Assembly (NCBI GenBank): GCA_017459605.1
Contig: JAFUCQ010000117.1
Coordinates: 1-38,847, forward strand
DNA length: 38,847 bases
Source of the DNA: Atopobiaceae bacterium
Lineage (GTDB): Bacteria > Actinomycetota > Coriobacteriia > Coriobacteriales > Atopobiaceae
Direction: 5' to 3'
Under the pieces are notes generated by a model. The model was not told the origin of the DNA. It was given only the letters and a program-made list of their open reading frames with translations, and made no database searches. Position 1 is the stretch's first letter; every line of letters starts with the position of its first letter. A program made the position numbers and the translations under genes. Below are positions 16,871 to 24,769 of the stretch, piece after piece.

Positions 16871-17749
16871 GTGAGCGCGCAGTTGGCTGGAACAAGCACC
16901 CAAGACAGACAAACAGAAGCTGAGCTCAGGCCCTCAGATAAAGCATCTGCAGCTGTGCCACTGTTACTCCACGGTTGTTGCGGTCCGTGCTCGCTTGAGC
17001 CGGTTCGTCTGTTACGCGAGCAGGGATACGAGCCAACCATTCTGTGGTCGAACCCAAACATACAGCCGGCAGCCGAGCATGACCGCCGACTCGTTACCCT
17101 GCTTGGCTGGGCCTATGACGCTGGCCTTGAGGTAGTGCAGTGGACTGACGACCGTGAGCGCTGGGAGTGTGAGGTGGCTCCTCACGGAACCAACCGAGCT
17201 GATCGTTGTCGTTCATGCTATGCACTTCGTCTTGAGGCTGCCTGTGATGCAGCTCGTGAACTGGGTTTTCACCACGTATCAACCACACTTGCGGTGTCTC
17301 CTCATCAGCTGTGGGATATCTGTACCGAAGAGCTCGTGCGTGCAGCTCACGAGCGGGGACTCGAGCCCGTTGTGCAAGATTGGCGCGACCGCTATGCCTG
17401 TGCGCAGGCACGGGCACGTGACTGTGGTATGTACTGCCAGAACTACTGTGGTTGTCGTTTCTCTGCGATGGAAGCTCAGATTGAACGCCAGCTTCGAAGA
17501 GATGCCCGCAAGCGTGCCAAAAAGCTCAAGAACCAAGAATCCGAGACGCGCCAGCCCGAGACAATCCAGCTGGAGACACGCCAGCCCGGGGTGAACCAGC
17601 CCGAGACACGCCAGCCCGAGACGCGCCAGCCCGGGGTGAACCAGCCCGAGACGCGCCAGCCCGAGACGCGCCAGACCGGGGTGAACCAGCCCGAGACGCG
17701 CCAGCCCGTATCCGCTCAAGCTCTGAGCGCTCAGGAGGTACTTTCGTGA
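16871..17749 (+). CDS. queH: Epoxyqueuosine reductase QueH (DUF208), with a C-terminal basic stretch and ETRQP pentapeptide-repeat tail
   Basis: LLLHGCCGPCS motif and a downstream Cys pair (CRSCY) typical of DUF208. GTG start with RBS GGGAGGG. The last roughly 65 aa are ETRQP(E/G)... repeats encoded by 15/30-bp DNA repeats (17530-17700). The stop overlaps the queA GTG start (GTGA). Confidence 0.75.
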   Translation: MSAQLAGTSTQDRQTEAELRPSDKASAAVPLLLHGCCGPCSLEPVRLLREQGYEPTILWSNPNIQPAAEHDRRLVTLLGWAYDAGLEVVQWTDDRERWECEVAPHGTNRADRCRSCYALRLEAACDAARELGFHHVSTTLAVSPHQLWDICTEELVRAAHERGLEPVVQDWRDRYACAQARARDCGMYCQNYCGCRFSAMEAQIERQLRRDARKRAKKLKNQESETRQPETIQLETRQPGVNQPETRQPETRQPGVNQPETRQPETRQTGVNQPETRQPVSAQALSAQEVLS

Positions 17750-18813
17750 GAACATCAGATTTTGACTATGCCCTTCCTGATGAGCTCATAGCTCAATCTC
17801 CGGCAGAACCGCGTGATTCGTGCCGACTGCTGGTGCTCGACCGAACCACCGGCGCAATTGAGCATCGTCATTTCTTTGACATCATCGATTACCTGCACGA
17901 AGGTGACCTTTTGGTTGCCAATGAAACGCGTGTGTTGCCAGCCCGTCTCAAGGGCACCAAGCACGCTGGAACAAGCTCAGCAGAAATGCTGCTTCTGCGC
18001 CGCAGGGAAGATGAAGACCCGCTCGGGTTCGTGTGGGAGTGTCTGGTGAGTCCGGGTAGACGCCTCAAGCCGGGTGCTTGCGTTGACTTTTTTGGAGCGA
18101 GTGCGGAGCCGGTGCTCACCGGTGAGGTTCTCTCGTATGTTGAAGATAGCCGAGGGGGTCGCTTGGTGCGCTTTCAGCCGCAAAACGGCCGTACGCTTGA
18201 CCAAGCAATACATGCGGCAGGACAAGTTCCGCTGCCGCCCTATATCACGAGTTATGAGGGAGACCCTGAGAAGTATCAGACGGTCTATGCAACTCAGGAA
18301 GAACGCTCGGCTGCAGCGCCAACAGCGGGACTGCACTTTACGCCCGAGCTCATCGAAGCGCTCAAAGCGAAGGGTTGTGCGTGGCAGTGCGTGGAACTTG
18401 AGGTTGGTCTGGATACCTTTCGTGTGGTGGAGGAAGAAGATCCCGAGAAGCACATTATGCATACCGAGCGCTATCACGTATCGCAGGAGGTTGTTGATGC
18501 GGTACGCGCGACCAAAGAGGCTGGTGGCCGCGTTATTGCAGTGGGCACCACAGCGGTTCGCTCACTTGAGAGTGCGTGGGAAGACGGTGAGCTTCGCGTC
18601 AAACAGGGAGCAACGACAAATCTTTTCTTGCGTCCCGGTTCAGACTTTCATGTGGTAGACGCCCTCATCACGAACTTTCATGTGCCGCGCTCAACGCTCA
18701 TGATGCTCGTGAGTGCGTTTGCTACGCGCGAACACATCATGACAGCCTATACCGAGGCTATCAATCAGCACTATCGTTTCTTGAGCTTTGGGGATGCCAT
18801 GTTTATTCAGTGA
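17746..18813 (+). CDS. queA: S-adenosylmethionine:tRNA ribosyltransferase-isomerase
   Basis: N-terminus FDYALPDELIAQSPAEPRDSCRLLVL..., VANETRVLPARL, C-terminal FLSFGDAMFI. AGGAGG lies 8 nt before the GTG. Confidence 0.9.
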   Translation: MRTSDFDYALPDELIAQSPAEPRDSCRLLVLDRTTGAIEHRHFFDIIDYLHEGDLLVANETRVLPARLKGTKHAGTSSAEMLLLRRREDEDPLGFVWECLVSPGRRLKPGACVDFFGASAEPVLTGEVLSYVEDSRGGRLVRFQPQNGRTLDQAIHAAGQVPLPPYITSYEGDPEKYQTVYATQEERSAAAPTAGLHFTPELIEALKAKGCAWQCVELEVGLDTFRVVEEEDPEKHIMHTERYHVSQEVVDAVRATKEAGGRVIAVGTTAVRSLESAWEDGELRVKQGATTNLFLRPGSDFHVVDALITNFHVPRSTLMMLVSAFATREHIMTAYTEAINQHYRFLSFGDAMFIQ

Positions 18814-18840
18814 GTGTTGCGCTGAGAGCTGTCCAGATGT

Positions 18841-18918
18841 CGCTCAAAAGGCCGCTCCGAGCACTGCTCAAAGGGCACCCTCGAGCACTGCTCAAAAGGC
18901 CACTCCAAGCACTGCGCT
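18841..18918. repeat. Tandem repeat, 3 units of 24 bp (ctcaaaaggccRctccRagcactg)
   Basis: Direct inspection. Lies between the convergent queA gene and the coiled-coil gene. Confidence 0.7.
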
Positions 18919-18991
18919 CAACGTTGCCCTGAGAGCTGCTTTGCCCAGTGGTATAAGAGCCAGCTGCCAAAAAGAGCACGTCAGAGCGCGC

Positions 18992-20311
18992 TTAGCGCCA
19001 GCCACCTGCAATCAGCCACACGGCGAGCACCACTATCAAGATAACTACCACTACAATGAAGACAAAGATGATGCGCTCCTGACGCGTGCGGTCGCGCAAG
19101 TCCTTCTCGGTGGCGGCGAGTTCATCAACCTGACGTTGCTGCACATCGAGGGCAGCTTGCTCGTCTGCTATGCGGTGTGCAAGCTCTCGGGTAATCTCGG
19201 GCGTGGCGTGAATCTCGTTTGCCTCATCGATGAGAGCTTGTGCATCGTCGATTCGCTGACGACATGCTTCAAGCTCAGAGCTCAAATCATGAGCCTGAGA
19301 CTCACGAGAAGAAATCTCTCCTTTGAGATTCTTTTGCTCAGCCTCGGTTTGTGTGCGGAGTTTCTCGTATTCTTCTCGACGCTCTGTTGCCTCGCGTTTG
19401 GTTGTCTCTGCTGTTTTCTCAAGATTCTCGAGCGCTTGTTTTTGTGTCCAGAGCTGCTCTTGAGCCGTATCGACATCCTTTTGGGCATTCGCAGTAGTAA
19501 CGGGTACGTCTTTTCGAGCAGCATCAAGATGTCTGCGCTCGGTTTCGACGGTAGTGCTCATCTCTTCGATTGCCTTGGGATCAGCGTTGCTTCCCTCATC
19601 TTGCAACTCTCTGAGCTCACGCTGGAGGCGCTGCAAGCGATCTTGTGCGTTGTCGACCGCTTTGTTTGCCTGTGCGATGCGCGATTCTCTGCGCGTAACA
19701 GCCTCACTCACCTGTGCCTCTGCAGCCTTTACGGCACGCTTGGCGTCGGCAAGGCTCCGCGAGGCATCGTCGGCACGACTTCGGCTGGAATCCATGAGTT
19801 TTTTGTAGGGGCGAAGTTGCTCCTCATGGTCTGTCATCATTTGCTTGAGCTGCTCAGACAGCTGAGTTTTTTCTTGTCCAAGCCGTTTGATATCTGCTTG
19901 AATCTGTTCTGCCTCTTGAACAGCATCATCGCGTTCTGCGCTTTGCTCTTCGATGATGAGCTCATAGTGTGATTCGATGTCGTTTCGGTGGTCGAGCTCT
20001 GCCTGGTCTTCCTCGAGATCGGCCATAATTTGCTGCATGCGTTTGGCAGCGCTTCCATGTTCTTTGCTGGCAGCACGCACTTCACGAAACGCATTGAGGC
20101 CACGCATGATCTTGTTGGACTCTTTGGCTGAAGCCGTTCTTTCGTCGGATGGCACAACATCGAGCGACTCATCTACGTAGGTCACATCAACGAGTTGCTC
20201 ATCAACATACGTATCATCTACGGGTGCTCCATCAAGCTGCTTGAGAGACATATCACCTGCTGATGTCTCATCAAAGTCCTGCTGAGCATCAAATTCTGGA
20301 AGCTCTGCCAT
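18992..20311 (-). CDS. Tail-anchored coiled-coil membrane protein of unknown function (439 aa)
   Basis: Acidic N-terminus. About 330 aa are E/Q/R/K/A-rich with heptad-like coiled-coil character. A single C-terminal TM helix IIFVFIVVVVILIVVLAVWLIAG. RBS GAGAGGAA. The overlapping plus-strand ORF 18788..19972 is Leu/Cys-rich antisense noise. Confidence 0.6.
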   Translation of the reverse strand: MAELPEFDAQQDFDETSAGDMSLKQLDGAPVDDTYVDEQLVDVTYVDESLDVVPSDERTASAKESNKIMRGLNAFREVRAASKEHGSAAKRMQQIMADLEEDQAELDHRNDIESHYELIIEEQSAERDDAVQEAEQIQADIKRLGQEKTQLSEQLKQMMTDHEEQLRPYKKLMDSSRSRADDASRSLADAKRAVKAAEAQVSEAVTRRESRIAQANKAVDNAQDRLQRLQRELRELQDEGSNADPKAIEEMSTTVETERRHLDAARKDVPVTTANAQKDVDTAQEQLWTQKQALENLEKTAETTKREATERREEYEKLRTQTEAEQKNLKGEISSRESQAHDLSSELEACRQRIDDAQALIDEANEIHATPEITRELAHRIADEQAALDVQQRQVDELAATEKDLRDRTRQERIIFVFIVVVVILIVVLAVWLIAGGWR

Positions 20312-20575
20312 AGCGTGGTTCCTCTCGTGCTGTTGAGCTGCTATACCCCTGAAATAGTCATGGTCTATTGTCGCTCATTTGTAGCGGCTGTGGGCGATTA
20401 TTGTTGAGACAGGAAAAAAAGTTTACGAATAAAGGTGGAAATAGAGGAAGGACAGTGACCGTATCCGCCACGGCTTGCTCATCCGCTGCTGGATGGTAAG
20501 CATATGCAGCTAGCTTGCCTAGTTTGTATCCTTAGACCTCGCTTTGCAGTTTATTGACAGCAAAATCAGCTCAGA

Positions 20576-20729
20576 GTGACACTTTTTGACGATTTTCTGG
20601 GTTTTTGGGGTGCCTTTTTGATACCCAGGAAACAGAGCACTTCCATTACTGCAGGTAAATGGTAGTCCCTTAATAGTGCGTACAATAAGGGACCTCTTCT
20701 AAACCCAGAAAATCGTCAAAAAGTGTCAC
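20576..20729. repeat. 154-bp element with perfect 29-bp terminal inverted repeats (gtgacactttttgacgattttctgggttt / aaacccagaaaatcgtcaaaaagtgtcac) and a 96-bp core containing a second hairpin (cccttaata...aataaggg)
   Basis: Direct inspection. MITE-like or cruciform-forming element in the 620-bp divergent intergenic region upstream of tgt. Confidence 0.7.
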
Positions 20730-20934
20730 AAAGGACGATATTTTGTCTCAATCAATCATTTCACTGGAGCTGAAGGATCGTTGTCAGGGCAGTTTTGTGA
20801 GTGTACGAGATTTCAGACCTCTTCTATAATTCGTTCTGATAATTCAGGTGTTTCTCACTAATGGACTGCTCTCACCAATGGGTAGATCCCAGCTCGAATA
20901 AGACAGCGCTTGAACAAACACACAAGGAGATTGT

Positions 20935-22101
20935 ATGGCAGCAGGACAGGATAGGGCACCAGCAAACAACACGCTCTTCTCCTTTGAATTTGAAGCTCTC
21001 GATAGCACAACCCACGCTCGAGCTGGCGTCTTTCATACAGCACATGGCTCGTTTCAAACACCCATCTTTATGCCAGTGGGCACAAAAGCTACGGTCAAGG
21101 GCATCATGCCTCAGATGCTGCACGACATCGGAACACAAATACTGCTTGCAAATACCTATCATCTGTCGATGCGACCGGGTTCTGCCTACGTCCAAGAGAT
21201 TGGCGGTCTTCATGAGTTTATGCGCTGGGACGGACCCATCCTGACCGACTCGGGTGGATTTCAGGTGTTTAGCCATGGTCCGCAGGTCAAGCTCTCAGAC
21301 GATGGTGTGCAGTTTCACGCAGTTGACTACGGCGGCGAAATAGTTGTCTGGACGCCTGAAGACAACATGAGAATCCAGCAAGAACTCGGAGCAGACATCT
21401 GCATGCAGCTCGATCAGTGCCCGCCCTATCCGGCTGAGCGTTCCTTTGTTGAGCGAGCAGTTGAGCTTTCGAGTATGTGGGCAGAGCGTTGTTGGAAGGC
21501 ACATACCAAGCCCGACCAAGCCCTCTTTGGAATCGTTCAGGGTGGCATGCATCTTGATTTACGCCTGCGCTCACTCGAGCAGCTCGAATCTGTGGGAGAT
21601 TTCCCGGGCTATGGTATTGGTGGTTACTCGGTGGGAGAGAGCCACGAGATGATGTTTGAGACGCTCGAGCCCTTGGTAAGCGAACACATGCCCAAAGAAA
21701 AACCCCGCTATCTCATGGGTGTTGGCAATCCCACAACATTGGTTCGAGCGGTAGCAGCAGGTGTCGACATGTTTGACTGTGTGTTGCCAACTCGTACAGC
21801 TCGCATGGGAACGGCCTTCTCGTCAGAAGGTCGTCTCAACTTGAAAAATGCCCGCTTTGCTCAAGAGCGCATACCCCTTGATGAGCACTGTGGCTGTCCT
21901 GCGTGTTCTGGTGGGTTTACCCGGGCTTATATCCATCATTTGGTCAAGCAAAAAGAGATGCTGGCATCGATACTTCTGTCTGCCCATAACCTCTTTTATC
22001 TGCTCGACTTGATGCGCCGTGCCCGTACAGCCATTGTCGAGAATCGATATGAGAGCTTTGTGAGCGATTGGATGGCAAGTCCTGCTGCAGATGACTACTG
22101 A
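20935..22101 (+). CDS. tgt: Queuine tRNA-ribosyltransferase
   Basis: FEFEALDSTTHARAGVFHTAHGSFQTPIFMPVGT, LLANTYHL, DSGGFQV, and the zinc site CGCPAC...H. RBS AAGGAGA. Confidence 0.9.
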   Translation: MAAGQDRAPANNTLFSFEFEALDSTTHARAGVFHTAHGSFQTPIFMPVGTKATVKGIMPQMLHDIGTQILLANTYHLSMRPGSAYVQEIGGLHEFMRWDGPILTDSGGFQVFSHGPQVKLSDDGVQFHAVDYGGEIVVWTPEDNMRIQQELGADICMQLDQCPPYPAERSFVERAVELSSMWAERCWKAHTKPDQALFGIVQGGMHLDLRLRSLEQLESVGDFPGYGIGGYSVGESHEMMFETLEPLVSEHMPKEKPRYLMGVGNPTTLVRAVAAGVDMFDCVLPTRTARMGTAFSSEGRLNLKNARFAQERIPLDEHCGCPACSGGFTRAYIHHLVKQKEMLASILLSAHNLFYLLDLMRRARTAIVENRYESFVSDWMASPAADDY

Positions 22102-22135
22102 TTGAATGGCAAGTCCTGCTGCAGATGACTACTGA
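22072..22135 (+). repeat. Perfect 30-bp tandem duplication of the last 9 codons plus stop of tgt (atggcaagtcctgctgcagatgactactga, two copies)
   Basis: Copies at 22072-22101 and 22106-22135. Confidence 0.8.
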
Positions 22136-22297
22136 GTTGAAGTAATCGATTGAAGCATCAATTAATTGAAGCAATCTGCACACTTTGCGATGTGCGCGTC
22201 TTAGGACTACCTTGAATTCTCAAAAGAGCGTATACTAGGCGGTTGGTAACTAGAGCTTGCCTAACTGCTGGGCCGTGTTGTAGGAAGAGGATTAACC

Positions 22298-23824
22298 ATG
22301 GCAGACACCGATAAGACGTCCAAGACGGGCGTTGACCGATGGAACGAGGAGGCGGTACCTGCGAGCAAAAGCACAAACTCGCGTGCTGCTGAGCGTTCCA
22401 AGGCACAAAGCAAAGCAAAGTCAGCTCCAAAAAAGGCAGCAAACAAGGGCGGTAAAGATAGCAAACGCTACGCGACAACCCTTCTTATCCTTGCTGTGCT
22501 ATGTATCGCGAGCATCATTGCCTTCATGCCGCCAACTGAGCGCATCACCCAAGGTCTCGACATCAAAGGTGGCGTGAGTGTCATCTTGACAGCGAGCAAC
22601 AAGGATGGCTCGGCTGTCAGTGGAGAAGACATGGCAACCGCTACGTCTATCATTCAAAACCGTGTTAACTCGCTCGGTGCATCTGAGGCAACCGTGCAGC
22701 GCCAAGGTACCAACTCTATCTTGGTACAGATTCCCGGCGCCACCGACGCGGCTGCTGCGGTCGAGACCATCGGGCGCACAGGTCAGCTTGAGTTTGTCAA
22801 GATGGGAGACATCGGAGACGCTGATGCTCTCGCTGCCATCGCAAGCGGGCAAGAAAACATTGAGCTCAAAGAGGGCACCTATACAGCATTTATGACGGGT
22901 GACTCAATTTCGACCACTATGGTGGGCCAGCAAAGCACCGCTGCTCGCGGCTATGTGGTAGACGTCACGCTCGATGCCGAGGGTGCCGAGAAGTTCGCAG
23001 AGGTCACACGCGAGCTTGCTCCTACCAAGGGTCAAATCGCCATCGTGCTCGACGGCAAGGTTGACTCAGCTCCGGCAGTTCAGAGCGAGATTCCCAACGG
23101 TCAGGTGCAAATCTCGGGCAACTACACCCTCAATGAGGCAAAGGCGCTCAAGACCGTGCTTGACTCTGGTTCGCTTCCCGTAAACCTCTCGTATTCAGAG
23201 AGTCGCGTGGTTGGTCCTACCCTTGGTCAAGACTCACTCAACCAAGCAATCATGGCCATTGTGATTGGTCTTGCTATTGTGGTTTTGTACCTGTTCTTCT
23301 TCTATCGGGGACTGGGTCTTCTTACCTTTGGTTCGCTTGCTGTCTTTGCCCTGATTTACCTCGGCATTTTGGCGGTGCTTTCGCACTACGGCATGTTTGC
23401 TCTGTCGCTGCCGGGCATTGCCGGCGTTGTCTTGACGGTAGGTATGGCAGCCGACTCATCCATTTTGGTACTCGAGCGTTTCCGTGAGGAAATTCGCATG
23501 GGACGCACCATCACCAACGCTTCAATGACCGGTGTGAAGCACGGTATCGAGACCTCGCTTGATGCAGACATGGTCACGCTCGTCTCGGCAATTGCGTTGT
23601 TCTTGATTGCGGTAGGACCGGTCAAAGGCTTTGGTATGACCCTTGCTCTTGGTGTTATTTGCGACATCATCACCATGTTCTTGTTCAAGGCGCCGGCTCT
23701 CAGGCTTCTTGCACGTGGTCCCATTCAAAAGAACCCCGGCTTTTGGGGTGTGAAATCTGACCTTGAGGCGGCGGGCAAGATTGAGCCTGCTCAGACCGTG
23801 AAGGGGGGTGTGGCCAATGCGTAG
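22298..23824 (+). CDS. secD: Protein translocase subunit SecD (with a roughly 55-aa Lys/Ser/Ala-rich N-terminal extension)
   Basis: TM topology and the SecD periplasmic domain (QGLDIKGGVSVILTA...) plus the C-terminal RND-like TM bundle. RBS GGAAGAGGA. Confidence 0.85.
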   Translation: MADTDKTSKTGVDRWNEEAVPASKSTNSRAAERSKAQSKAKSAPKKAANKGGKDSKRYATTLLILAVLCIASIIAFMPPTERITQGLDIKGGVSVILTASNKDGSAVSGEDMATATSIIQNRVNSLGASEATVQRQGTNSILVQIPGATDAAAAVETIGRTGQLEFVKMGDIGDADALAAIASGQENIELKEGTYTAFMTGDSISTTMVGQQSTAARGYVVDVTLDAEGAEKFAEVTRELAPTKGQIAIVLDGKVDSAPAVQSEIPNGQVQISGNYTLNEAKALKTVLDSGSLPVNLSYSESRVVGPTLGQDSLNQAIMAIVIGLAIVVLYLFFFYRGLGLLTFGSLAVFALIYLGILAVLSHYGMFALSLPGIAGVVLTVGMAADSSILVLERFREEIRMGRTITNASMTGVKHGIETSLDADMVTLVSAIALFLIAVGPVKGFGMTLALGVICDIITMFLFKAPALRLLARGPIQKNPGFWGVKSDLEAAGKIEPAQTVKGGVANA

Positions 23825-24764
23825 CGGTTTCTCTCGTGAAATTCCCTTTATGGATGCACGGAAAATTCTTCTTGGTATTTCGGCCGTACTTTGTGTGTTG
23901 GCAATCGTTGGCATCCTCGTTCGTGGACTCGTCTTTGGTATCGAGTTTATTGGTGGTACCGAGATTGACTTTTACAACACCGCAGATATCACCATTGAGC
24001 AGATGCGCTCAGCTCTTTCAGATGCAGGTGAGCAAAACGTTACCCTGCAAACCACCATCACCGAGGGTGAGAGCGGATTTCTTGCCCGTACTGAGACCAT
24101 CGATCCTGCCGCAGCAACCGATCATGCTGCAGCTGCTGCCAAAGCCCTGAATCTGCCAGAGGATTCGTTCCAAGTAACAACCATCGGCCCTGACTGGGGT
24201 GCTAATGTTACGAGTGCGAGCGCGTGGGCGTTTGTGGTTGCCATTGGCCTGATCATTGCGTATTGCGCTTGGCGATACGATATCAAGATGGCCATTAGTG
24301 CAGTCATCGCCTTGCTCCACGACCTGCTCGTGATCATTGGCGTCTATGCGTGGACGGGTACAGCAATTACCCCAAACGTTGTCGCTGCATTGCTCACTAT
24401 CATGGGTTACTCACTCTACGACACGGTGGTTGTCTTCCACCGCACGAAGGAAAACTCCGAGCAGCTGCATGACGGCATTCATCGCACCTACTATCAAATT
24501 GCAAACTATTCCATCAACGAGGTAATTATGAGAACCATCAACACCTCAGTTACCTCGCTTGTTCCGGTTATCTGCATGCTTCTCTTTGGTGGCGCTACCC
24601 TCAAAGACTTCGCATTTGCTATGGCTGTTGGCCTCGTTTTGGGTGCCTACTCATCCATTGGTGTTGCAAGTCCTATCCACGCTATCTGGAAGACGAGCGA
24701 AGATCACTGGTCAAAGATGGAGGCTAAGTATGGCAGCGCTTCGGCGCAGCCAGTCGAGGCTTAA
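23808..24764 (+). CDS. secF: Protein translocase subunit SecF
   Basis: IEFIGGTEIDF, and a six-TM C-terminal domain homologous to the SecD C-terminus. The start is uncertain (GTG 23808, ATG 23817 or ATG 23850); it overlaps the secD stop. Confidence 0.85.
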   Translation: MWPMRSGFSREIPFMDARKILLGISAVLCVLAIVGILVRGLVFGIEFIGGTEIDFYNTADITIEQMRSALSDAGEQNVTLQTTITEGESGFLARTETIDPAAATDHAAAAAKALNLPEDSFQVTTIGPDWGANVTSASAWAFVVAIGLIIAYCAWRYDIKMAISAVIALLHDLLVIIGVYAWTGTAITPNVVAALLTIMGYSLYDTVVVFHRTKENSEQLHDGIHRTYYQIANYSINEVIMRTINTSVTSLVPVICMLLFGGATLKDFAFAMAVGLVLGAYSSIGVASPIHAIWKTSEDHWSKMEAKYGSASAQPVEA

Positions 24765-24769
24765 TCGAG

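Noticed and set aside
18788-19972. A 394-aa plus-strand ORF overlapping the coiled-coil gene
   Set aside because: Its Leu/Cys-rich composition (CTC/CTG/GCA codons) is the typical antisense shadow of a Glu/Gln/Ala-rich coiled-coil gene. It has no RBS or domain. The minus-strand ORF has an RBS, coiled-coil periodicity and a TM anchor.
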